Below are positions 27,647-35,679 of a DNA stretch of 43,021 nucleotides, one piece after another. Position 1 is the first letter of the stretch; each line of letters opens with the position of its first letter. This DNA is from a virus, in the UHGV virus genome UHGV-0126275; one strand, 5' to 3'. The notes below the pieces were generated by a model. It had not been told where the DNA came from, made no database searches, and was given only the letters and a program-made list of their open reading frames with translations. Position numbers and translations under genes: made by a program.

Positions 27647-29445
27647 GTTACTTTGGCCTTAATCCAGTAAACCAGAATCAGCAGCTTGACGAAGCAGCAT
27701 CAAATCCAGCTGGCTTTAACAGCGATGTTGGTTTTTTCGACAATGCTGTAGGAGCGGCATTGTCTGGTTTGTACTCCGGGCTGGTGGCAAAGCCAGATCA
27801 GTTGCTATGGGCAGGGATGGATAAAATCGTATCCCCGATTGCTCAGTTTGTTAACGAAAACACCTCGATCAATGACACTTCAGTTTCATACATTGCTGAG
27901 CAGAGAAAACTAGCAGAGCAGCAGGTTAAGCGGCTGACGCCTGATGCCGCGACAACCGGAACCGCCGGGCAGGTCCTTTATGGGTTGTTCGATATGGGCG
28001 GGCAGGCTGTTGTCGGTACAACGCTCGGTGGTCCGGTCGGAGGTGCTGCGGCGGTAACTTCTCTACAGGGTTTTTCTGAGTTTGAACGGCTTACAGCACA
28101 GGGTGTTGATTTCAGGACGGCGCAGGAAGCGGGATTAGTGCAGGGTATTACTGCTGGTGCCGGAACACTGATCCCTATGAGCCTCGGGTTACGTGCTGGT
28201 GGTGCGCTGGCGGAAGGTGTGGCGGCTCAGCTTGCGCGGACGGGTGAAAGTTCAGTGCGACGCGCCGCAGCAACAGCAGTACGTGCAACGCCAGATATTG
28301 CCTATGCCGCAGGTACAAATATTGCGTTCGGTATGGCACAGCGTGGGCTTACTGCAAAAACGCTTCGTGATGGTGGCTATAGCGAAATGGCTAACCAGTA
28401 TGATGTGTTGGATCGACAGGCAATTGCTATTGATGCTGTTCTTGGGGTGGCGTTTGGTGGTGTCGGCAGATTTATTAACTCTCGCGGCGAGTCTACAAGC
28501 GCACCAAATTTTTCACCAGTTGATATCGATGCTGCACTGGCGGCGAATGCCGCTCATCATGCTGAAATTGATATTGCTCCCGGCGTGCCGATCAACGTGC
28601 TTTCGCGTAATTCGCACATTCAGGCTCTGCGAAAAGCCATGTCTGATGTTAGCCAGGGGAGACCTGTAGACGTTGCCAGCATTGTTGAGTCTGCATCTTT
28701 CAGTGAAATTCCTGGACGCAAGAGTCTGCTGTCTCAGGCAGTTAATGAGGCTCTGTCATCTGTAGATGATGGAGTAACGGCGCGCGCTATAGAAAATCGG
28801 TTGCTTGAAGAACAGGCCGCGCAGCTTTTGCCGCGTGGCGATAGACAGGTTTACCAGTCTGAAATCGCTAATAGCCAACGAATTATTGAAAATCTCACTG
28901 AACAGCGCGCACAAATTCTTGCAGAAGATCCAGCCGGTAGCGGTAAGGCTTTATCTCGTGCTCGATCAGATAAACAGGCCAGACTTCGCGATATTGACCA
29001 ACGAATCCGGCAGGCACAAGAACGCCTGGAATTTTCTCGTAACGCGTTGGCACCGCATGAGCCTGGCGGTCAGTTTTTTGAAGCTCGAGCAGAACTGGCT
29101 CGGAGACAGCAGGCAGAAAGTGAACTTAATGCTCAGGCTGTTTCATTCTATAAAACAGCAGAGGTCAGGACGCCAGACGAAGTAGCTCCTTTTGAGCCTG
29201 ATAAAATATTGCAACAGGCAGAACAAAAAATGATGTCAGATCAGGCAGGAGATATTGATTTGCGCATAGCTGAAGACTCGCTGCTTGAATCACCTGACAT
29301 GATAATCACCGTGCTGGATGATGATGGTAATCCACAATCGCGCAGTGCGCGTGAAGCACTGGATGAAGCGAACAGGGAAAGTGAGCAGGCAATACAGGAT
29401 TCCAGCCTGTTTGATGTCGCTGTGGCGTGTTTCTTGAGAGGTTAA
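27643..29445 (+). CDS. Large internal core / ejection protein
   Basis: 600 aa, Ala/Gly-rich N-terminus and coiled-coil C-terminal half. Confidence 0.5.
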   Translation: MSYFGLNPVNQNQQLDEAASNPAGFNSDVGFFDNAVGAALSGLYSGLVAKPDQLLWAGMDKIVSPIAQFVNENTSINDTSVSYIAEQRKLAEQQVKRLTPDAATTGTAGQVLYGLFDMGGQAVVGTTLGGPVGGAAAVTSLQGFSEFERLTAQGVDFRTAQEAGLVQGITAGAGTLIPMSLGLRAGGALAEGVAAQLARTGESSVRRAAATAVRATPDIAYAAGTNIAFGMAQRGLTAKTLRDGGYSEMANQYDVLDRQAIAIDAVLGVAFGGVGRFINSRGESTSAPNFSPVDIDAALAANAAHHAEIDIAPGVPINVLSRNSHIQALRKAMSDVSQGRPVDVASIVESASFSEIPGRKSLLSQAVNEALSSVDDGVTARAIENRLLEEQAAQLLPRGDRQVYQSEIANSQRIIENLTEQRAQILAEDPAGSGKALSRARSDKQARLRDIDQRIRQAQERLEFSRNALAPHEPGGQFFEARAELARRQQAESELNAQAVSFYKTAEVRTPDEVAPFEPDKILQQAEQKMMSDQAGDIDLRIAEDSLLESPDMIITVLDDDGNPQSRSAREALDEANRESEQAIQDSSLFDVAVACFLRG

Positions 29446-29450
29446 ATTAA

Positions 29451-31925
29451 ATGAGACAGGAATGTATACAAGCGGTTCAGCAGGCGGCGCAGCGCATGTT
29501 AACGGCGCGAGAAATACAGAACATTGAAGACCGCATTTATCGAAATATGCGCTCCATTGCTCGTGATGACCCTATGTCGTGGCGACAACTTTCCGAATCA
29601 GAGCGGCTATATCGAGCAGCACAATTGGCATCTGAAGAATTACAGCGAGAAGCGGCATTAAAGAAACGTCGTGTGGCTCTCACTATAGCCGCGCGTCAGA
29701 GATTGGATAAATTTATCAATAGCTATCAAGGGGCTGATGGGAAACTTGGCGCTCTTAACCGTACTATAGCTTTTAATGCAGACGGTAAATCTAATTTCCT
29801 CTCTGTTGAATCCAGAACAAAAGCCACCCGTGATTATGCATTGAGTCAATTGCAGGAGGCATTCGAAGCAGTTGATCCTCGCTTTTTTGGTCTGTTTGAA
29901 GATGAAGCGGGCGTACGTGACCTGGTATATGAAATGCGGGGGCAAAATACTGGCAATGCTAAAGCAAGAAACGGTGCTAAGGCGTGGAGAGAAGTTACAG
30001 AGCTGCTGCGCCGCCGGTTTAATGATGCTGGTGGGGACATTGGCTATCTCGAAAACTGGGGGATCCCTCAACATCATTCTATGGAAAAGGTTGGGGCAGT
30101 ATCAAAGGATAAGTGGGTTAGCGATGTTATAGGTAAGCTGGATCGCAAATATTATATCCGAGCCGATGGACAACTGATGAACGATGCCGAGTTGTCTTCA
30201 TTTCTTGGAGAGGCTTATAACACGATCGCTACTGGTGGGCTGAATAAGCTTACTGATACCGGAATGCGAATTTCCGGCGCACGTGCTAACCGTGGTAATG
30301 CATCACGACAGATACATTTCAAAGATGCAGATTCCTATCTGCAATATCAGCAACTTTATGGCGATCGCTCTCTATGGGAAATCATGGTCTGTCACCTGGA
30401 AGGTATCAGTAAAGATATTGCACTGGTGGAAACATATGGCCCAAACCCCGATCATGTTTTCCGCTCTCTTCTTGATCAGGTGAAGGCAGAAACGGCAACA
30501 GCTAACCCGAGTAAAACCGGTAAAGTCGAGCGGCTGGCGAACAACACAGAGAATCTGTACAACTTTATTTCCGGAAAGACACAGCCTGTAGCGAATCCGC
30601 ACATCGCGCGATGGTCTGACAATATCCGCAACTGGCTGGTTGCCAGCAGACTCGGATCCGCGTTGCTGTCATCGTTCTCTGATCTTGGAACCATGTATCT
30701 GTCTGCGAAGGTTACCAACCTTCCAATGAACCAGTTATTCCGCAACCAGCTTGAAGCTATGGACCCAACGAACCGTACAGAACTTGCGCGGGCGCGCCGC
30801 GCTGGTCTGGCGATGGAATCTCTACTTGGCAGCGTTAACCGCTGGGCGATGGATAATATGGGGCCGTCAGTGTCTCGTTGGGCGGCAACGGCGGTAATGC
30901 GTGCCAGTGGGCTTACAGCATGGTCAGATGCGCACAAGCGCGCCTATGGCGTAACCATGATGGGAAGCCTGGGAGAAGTAGTGTCACGGACACCAGACCT
31001 TCGTAGCCTCGATGACTCTGATTTTCGTATCCTGAAAAGCAAAGGGATTACTGACACAGACTGGAGCGTATGGAAGCTGGCGAAACAGGAGGACTGGGGG
31101 AACGGTAATAATACGATGCTGACACCGGAAAGCATTATGCGTATCCCTGATTCAGCAGTTAAACATCTTGGTGAGCCTGAACGCGTGAAATTTGAGGCAA
31201 TGCGTAAACTGCTCGGTGCCGTAACTGAAGAAGTTGATATGGCTGTTATTACACCGGGAGCACGTGAGCAACTGATAACCGGTTCTGGTATTCAGCGTGG
31301 AACATGGAAAGGTGAATTAACGAGAAGTGTTTTCCTGTTTAAATCGTTCCCTATCTCGGTTGTTATGCGTCACTGGTCACGCGCTATGGGTATGCCGTCT
31401 GCTGGTGGGCGTGCGGCATATATTGCGACGTTTATTGCCAGTACGACCATTCTTGGCGCTTTGTCGCAGCAACTTAACGACCTTGCGTCTGGTCGTAATC
31501 CTCGAGAGATGACAGGAGAAGATGCCGCAAAATTCTGGCTTGGTGCTCTACTGAAAGGTGGTGGTCTTGGCCTTTACGGTGACTTTTTATTGTCAGATCA
31601 CACTAGGTACGGAAGCGGCGCGCTGGCGTCGATGCTTGGCCCGGTAGCTGGTCTGGTTGATGACGTAGTGAAGATTGCTCAGGGCATACCGTTAAATGCT
31701 GTGGAAGGGAAGAGTGAGCAGACTGGTGGTGATCTGGTGAAGCTGGGGAAAGGTTTGATGCCTGGTGCGAATCTCTGGTACTTGAAGGCGGCTCTCGATC
31801 ACATGATCTTTAACCAGATGCAGGAGTATTTTTCACCAGGCTATTTGCGTAAAATGGAGCAACGTTCGAAGAAAGAGTTTAACCAGACATACTGGTGGCG
31901 ACCACAGGATGTCACTCCGCAATAA
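29451..31925 (+). CDS. Large internal core / ejection protein
   Basis: 824 aa, last of three consecutive large virion genes. Confidence 0.5.
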   Translation: MRQECIQAVQQAAQRMLTAREIQNIEDRIYRNMRSIARDDPMSWRQLSESERLYRAAQLASEELQREAALKKRRVALTIAARQRLDKFINSYQGADGKLGALNRTIAFNADGKSNFLSVESRTKATRDYALSQLQEAFEAVDPRFFGLFEDEAGVRDLVYEMRGQNTGNAKARNGAKAWREVTELLRRRFNDAGGDIGYLENWGIPQHHSMEKVGAVSKDKWVSDVIGKLDRKYYIRADGQLMNDAELSSFLGEAYNTIATGGLNKLTDTGMRISGARANRGNASRQIHFKDADSYLQYQQLYGDRSLWEIMVCHLEGISKDIALVETYGPNPDHVFRSLLDQVKAETATANPSKTGKVERLANNTENLYNFISGKTQPVANPHIARWSDNIRNWLVASRLGSALLSSFSDLGTMYLSAKVTNLPMNQLFRNQLEAMDPTNRTELARARRAGLAMESLLGSVNRWAMDNMGPSVSRWAATAVMRASGLTAWSDAHKRAYGVTMMGSLGEVVSRTPDLRSLDDSDFRILKSKGITDTDWSVWKLAKQEDWGNGNNTMLTPESIMRIPDSAVKHLGEPERVKFEAMRKLLGAVTEEVDMAVITPGAREQLITGSGIQRGTWKGELTRSVFLFKSFPISVVMRHWSRAMGMPSAGGRAAYIATFIASTTILGALSQQLNDLASGRNPREMTGEDAAKFWLGALLKGGGLGLYGDFLLSDHTRYGSGALASMLGPVAGLVDDVVKIAQGIPLNAVEGKSEQTGGDLVKLGKGLMPGANLWYLKAALDHMIFNQMQEYFSPGYLRKMEQRSKKEFNQTYWWRPQDVTPQ

Positions 31926-31933
31926 AAGGAGAT

Positions 31934-32059
31934 ATGATGGTTCAAATAACTTTTATTGTACTAATATGTGCAGCGTTTTTATGCTATTCATACATTTTGA
32001 TAAAAATGGGTTTCAATTGGAATCTCTGTTGCGTGCAGCGGCATGGTTCGGCTTTGTAG
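31934..32059 (+). CDS. Small hydrophobic protein (41 aa)
   Basis: Hand-translated: MMVQITFIVLICAAFLCYSYILIKMGFNWNLCCVQRHGSAL; strong AAGGAG RBS; not in the supplied track. Confidence 0.35.
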   Translation: MMVQITFIVLICAAFLCYSYILIKMGFNWNLCCVQRHGSAL

Positions 32060-32144
32060 TATTCGGAATTGTATTGTTCGGAAGAATAATAAAATAACTA
32101 GTTAATTTGTGGATTGGTGCTGTTTTTCCATGATAGGGGTAATT

Positions 32145-32525
32145 ATGAGAAAAGTATTTTTGATTTTTGGATTTATGCTTCTCGTTGGATGCCAGTCAGC
32201 TGCACAGTTTGAAAGAAATATGCTTACGTGGCGCGGGCAGAGTATAGACGCAATGGTTCAGCAGTGGGGGTATCCTCAGGGAGAGCTTACATCTCCAGAT
32301 GGAAACAGAGTGTATGTTTACTCAAGCTCTGGTAGTTATAACGTACCACAAACCACAACGTATAATACTACGTCTAATCTAATTGGTAATACTATATATT
32401 CAAACACATACGCAACAACTGATGGCGGTTATACACTCCATTTCAGTTGCTCTGTTTACGTTGAGTTTGGTGCTGATAAGATTATTAAAAATGTTACATG
32501 GCGCGGTAATAATTGCGTTGCGTGA
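32145..32525 (+). CDS. Lipoprotein (accessory/moron gene)
   Basis: Start at 'MRKVFLIFGFMLLVGCQSA' (lipobox LVGC); stop codon embedded in the 12-bp palindrome; terminator follows. Confidence 0.6.
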   Translation: MRKVFLIFGFMLLVGCQSAAQFERNMLTWRGQSIDAMVQQWGYPQGELTSPDGNRVYVYSSSGSYNVPQTTTYNTTSNLIGNTIYSNTYATTDGGYTLHFSCSVYVEFGADKIIKNVTWRGNNCVA

Positions 32526-32534
32526 CATGTCACA

Positions 32535-32558
32535 GGCCGCTTTCGCGGCCTTGTTTTT
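32535..32558 (+). terminator. Rho-independent terminator after the lipoprotein gene
   Basis: GGCCGC-TTTC-GCGGCC followed by TTGTTTTT. Confidence 0.7.
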
Positions 32559-32597
32559 AACGAATGCCACCGCCGCCCGGGCGGGAATCCGCAGACA

Positions 32598-32621
32598 CAA
32601 AAAAGCCCGCGGCGCGGGCTT
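32598..32621 (-). terminator. Rho-independent terminator after the 211-aa gene
   Basis: On the minus strand AGCCCGC-GCC-GCGGGCT followed by TTTTTT. Confidence 0.65.
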
Positions 32622-32627
32622 AAAGAA

Positions 32628-33263
32628 CTATTTTATTGGCAGCTTATGCTTTGAAATTATGGCCAATCTGTTTTGGAAGTTTTCCGCATCACCCCACAAC
32701 CAGGTTTCACCTTTCTCAAGTTCTTCCTCGTTATTCATCTCTATAAGTTCGCATGTCATCATGTCGTAACCATAGAGATGGAGGCCAAGTTCCAGTGCGT
32801 CATACATGCGAGCCTGCCAGAACGACATGCCTTCATGAGTCTGGTTGCGATCAGACACGATGATATCGTACCGTTCCAAGAGGTAGTTCATGAAGATGAT
32901 GCCAGCGAAATCATGAAGCACAGCACGATGCTTAGGCTTCTGGGTTCTCCATACCAATATCTGCGTGACAGGACGGCAGTTAAGATAGCTGTCAGGCTGG
33001 ATAATGACACGATTGTAATACACTACCTCTTCGGTGAGGTCATTTATCAATGACAGTTCAAAGTGCGCCTGTGGAATCTCGCCTTTCTTACGATCGTCTA
33101 CACGGACAACGCGGTATCCAGGAGCCAGAGAAACGCCTTTGACATCAGATGTGACATCGTTGCCGTTCACTAACTCTGAATACAGGGCGCGGTTGTCTGG
33201 AGTTTCGTTCAGATGAGCGAAAACCTCAGTTACCTTTGCCGGATTCAGCAGTTGTTGTGGCAT
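32628..33263 (-). CDS. Hypothetical protein (211 aa), stand-alone accessory gene
   Basis: ORF with GAGGTG RBS, own candidate promoter and terminator; no recognisable motif. Confidence 0.6.
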   Translation of the reverse strand: MPQQLLNPAKVTEVFAHLNETPDNRALYSELVNGNDVTSDVKGVSLAPGYRVVRVDDRKKGEIPQAHFELSLINDLTEEVVYYNRVIIQPDSYLNCRPVTQILVWRTQKPKHRAVLHDFAGIIFMNYLLERYDIIVSDRNQTHEGMSFWQARMYDALELGLHLYGYDMMTCELIEMNNEEELEKGETWLWGDAENFQNRLAIISKHKLPIK

Positions 33264-33303
33264 ACATCACCTCATAATATATAGATGCTTCTTTAAGCGG
33301 GAT

Positions 33304-33318
33304 TTACCATTAGGGTAA
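33304..33318. promoter_or_regulatory. TTACC-N5-GGTAA palindrome in the leader of the 211-aa gene
   Basis: TTACCattagGGTAA. Confidence 0.5.
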
Positions 33319-33462
33319 ATGAACTATCCGAATGTTAAACGCCTTCGTACTCGTCAAATTTTCTCATGTGGGCTCCTCCTGTATCGGTGCCTAATCGCTA
33401 TGGATCACCCGTGAGGTAATAGTACGCTATTCACCCACAGTCTGCAATCTGTACAGAATTAT

Positions 33463-33480
33463 TTAAAGGCACATCCCTGT
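33463..33480 (-). terminator. Terminator after the Bro-N gene
   Basis: On the minus strand GGCACA-GGGA-TGTGCC followed by TTTAAATAATT. Confidence 0.5.
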
Positions 33481-33491
33481 GCCGCCGCTCG

Positions 33492-34184
33492 TCAGAAGAA
33501 CCCTGCTTTGTCGTTGATATACTCCGCGTGGGTCTGGATATCACGCAGGCATTTGCTCACACCGACGATGTAGCAGAACATGGTGGTCAGCTCCGCCGCC
33601 GCGCCCGATACGTCGTGCCCGTCGTCCTGTAACTGGTTCAGCAGATTCATCAGCAGTGAGTTCTCCGTCAGGCCGAGAACACCAGACGGCGAGTGAATCA
33701 GGCTGCGGTAGCCGGGCTTCAGCGGGGCGCTGTAGGTTTTGTTCTCTATCTTCATTGCCTGCATTACTGCTGACGCCGTGGCGTTGGCTACCTGGTCGGC
33801 AACCATCTTTATGCGTTCTTCCTGCGGGAGCGAGTTTTTAATGTAACTTCCGGTGCGGCGGATCTGAGGAAGAACCTCACCTGTAACCCATTCAAGAAAT
33901 CTGAATGCTCTCGTTCCCTCAGTCATTGCCTCTTTGCAACGCAGAATAAGGATGTAGAGACCTGATTCTGAAACGATGGATAGTTCTTGTATTCCACCAG
34001 GGGTCTGTATTGAATACAGCCCCTTTTTGTTCCAGCCTTTTTTATCAAGTTTTCTCGCTTGTGTAACATCAATATTCAAAGCATTGCACACATCTTTGGT
34101 GACAAACCAAGGTTCTCCGTCAATCATGAACATACGGATCTGGCAGGATGACTCAAAGGAAAAGATGGAAGGTTTGGTATTCAT
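33492..34184 (-). CDS. Bro-N domain protein (antirepressor-like) with C-terminal domain paralogous to the small protein at 35331..35588
   Basis: Start at 'MNTKPSIFSFESSCQIRMFMIDGEPWFVTKDVCNALNI' (Bro-N signature); AAGGTG RBS. Confidence 0.7.
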   Translation of the reverse strand: MNTKPSIFSFESSCQIRMFMIDGEPWFVTKDVCNALNIDVTQARKLDKKGWNKKGLYSIQTPGGIQELSIVSESGLYILILRCKEAMTEGTRAFRFLEWVTGEVLPQIRRTGSYIKNSLPQEERIKMVADQVANATASAVMQAMKIENKTYSAPLKPGYRSLIHSPSGVLGLTENSLLMNLLNQLQDDGHDVSGAAAELTTMFCYIVGVSKCLRDIQTHAEYINDKAGFF

Positions 34185-34451
34185 AGCGATCACCTTTGTA
34201 GTTAGGTTAATCACCACCGCTGAGACCAATCAGATGGTGGTGAACTGTGCAGAGTTGGTCTTACCGGCTACAAAGGAACCCGGCGCACCTTTCGGTGCCC
34301 CCACACAGCCCACCATAGAATAGGTGCGCTTTACACATAAAAAAACCGCTTATGCGGCATATGTGCCTCTGTAGTAATCCGGGAGACCAATCCCGGCACT
34401 GGATTTTGCCAGTGCCCGATTACTATGGCACAAGAGGAGTGCGATGTAAAT

Positions 34452-34559
34452 TTACCGCAAAGGTAATGATAAACGCGAAGAAATATTAAAATCAACCGTA
34501 TTTGGTTGATTGCGTTTAACGCTTGATCACCTGAAAGCAAGATATTACCTTTAAGGTAA
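34452..34559. promoter_or_regulatory. Two TTACC-N5-GGTAA palindromes (34452..34466, 34545..34559) in the divergent region between the Bro-N gene and the zinc-ribbon gene
   Basis: TTACCgcaaaGGTAA and TTACCtttaaGGTAA. Confidence 0.5.
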
Positions 34560-34579
34560 TGTTATTGTGAGGAAAAGCA

Positions 34580-35308
34580 ATGGAAGTTTTCTGGATAGTT
34601 GTTGGTGTGGTTGCGGTGATTATTTACGTTATCAACCAGAACAAGACTAAGATCTCTGATCGTACGGTCGTTAATCATAACAAAACGATAAAGACCGAAG
34701 ATGGGGAGATAACGATTAATCGTACACAGGTGATAGAACACACCTCTACTCAGTTTCAAAAAACTGGAGGTAATGCGCCTAATATTTCCGCACCTCCTGC
34801 TTATGATAGTGCGGTAATCCAGACATATTATAAACAGCAGGAGTTAGCAAAAGAGAGGCAACTGATTCAGCCAAAGCCGTTTACAGCTGAGCTTCCACCT
34901 GGAGTGTCAACGCGTCCGGCATATCATGGAAGATTCCCTGGTGATGACATATCGTCTCAGTCATCTAAAAAAGCACCTCAGGCAGTATCAGAGCCAGCAA
35001 GAATACCTTCTGTATCGCCGCCAAAAGAAGAATCAGCTAACAGAGTTTCAAGTGGCCGCAAGCAGTGTTTGCGATGCAGAATAAACCTTCCATATGACAA
35101 ATTCCGGAAATCGTCAAAAAATCCAGATGGATTGACTAAGTGGTGTGCAAGGTGTCTCGATGGCCCAAAGAATACACGCCATATGAAGTGGTGCCCAATT
35201 TGTAATGTCCGCAGAAAACGGACCAGCTTTTACCCTAATAATCAAAATGCGGACGGCTTAATGGCATGGTGCAAAACGTGCTGGGACGAGCACAAAGCGA
35301 AACGATAG
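34580..35308 (+). CDS. Membrane-anchored protein with tandem C-terminal CxxC-x22-CxxC zinc ribbons
   Basis: N-terminal 'VFWIVVGVVAVIIYVI' TM helix; Pro/Ser-rich linker; 'CLRC...WCARC' and 'CPIC...WCKTC' repeats each containing 'DGL'. Confidence 0.65.
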   Translation: MEVFWIVVGVVAVIIYVINQNKTKISDRTVVNHNKTIKTEDGEITINRTQVIEHTSTQFQKTGGNAPNISAPPAYDSAVIQTYYKQQELAKERQLIQPKPFTAELPPGVSTRPAYHGRFPGDDISSQSSKKAPQAVSEPARIPSVSPPKEESANRVSSGRKQCLRCRINLPYDKFRKSSKNPDGLTKWCARCLDGPKNTRHMKWCPICNVRRKRTSFYPNNQNADGLMAWCKTCWDEHKAKR

Positions 35309-35324
35309 GCCGCTCTTGCGGCCT
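35308..35324. terminator. Hairpin between the convergent zinc-ribbon and antirepressor-like genes
   Basis: GGCCGC-TCTT-GCGGCC with weak T-run. Confidence 0.45.
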
Positions 35325-35330
35325 TTAAAT

Positions 35331-35588
35331 TTACCGGGTTTGTTTTCGTAATTGTTCGGCACAATAGTCGAGATGTGTTTGCAGATCCTGCATAGACATC
35401 TGTGAGCTGGTGACGTAGTTAATCAGTGCAGTCAGTTCGGCAAGTGGGCCATCGACATTAAATCCATCCTTATCGAGATCCCGGAGTAATTTCATCAAGT
35501 GCGATCCCTCCACCAGTGACCTGACGCCTCCCGGCGTGTGAATCCTTTCGGTAAATCCGTCTTCCAGTGGATAGTGATACTGCTGCAT
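35331..35588 (-). CDS. Small antirepressor-like protein (about 85 aa), LexA-box-controlled
   Basis: Start at 'MQQYHYP' (GGAGAAG RBS); homologous to the C-terminal domain of the Bro-N protein; LexA box 22 bp upstream. Confidence 0.6.
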   Translation of the reverse strand: MQQYHYPLEDGFTERIHTPGGVRSLVEGSHLMKLLRDLDKDGFNVDGPLAELTALINYVTSSQMSMQDLQTHLDYCAEQLRKQTR

Positions 35589-35609
35589 CTTATCTTCTCC
35601 ATGCAATAA

Positions 35610-35625
35610 CTGTATGTTTATACAG
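35610..35625. promoter_or_regulatory. LexA (SOS) box CTGT-N8-ACAG
   Basis: aaCTGTatgtttatACAGta; near-consensus with AT-rich spacer, just upstream of the small antirepressor-like gene. Confidence 0.7.
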
Positions 35626-35664
35626 TAACAAATAATTTGTTTGCTATCCAGCACGTTTTGCAAA

Positions 35665-35679
35665 TTACCCGAAAGGTAA
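35665..35679. promoter_or_regulatory. TTACC-N5-GGTAA palindrome upstream of the antirepressor-like gene
   Basis: aTTACCcgaaaGGTAAt. Confidence 0.5.

Noticed and set aside
31909-32097. 62-aa ORF from the supplied track
   Set aside because: It begins inside the preceding gene with no RBS; the alternative 41-codon frame at 31934..32059 has a strong AAGGAG RBS and is preferred, though neither is proven.
33430-33450. Possible LexA box near ACAGTCTGCAATCTGTACAG
   Set aside because: The half-sites are in ACAG...CTGT order or have 7-nt spacing, not CTGT-N8-ACAG; more likely part of the 211-aa gene promoter.
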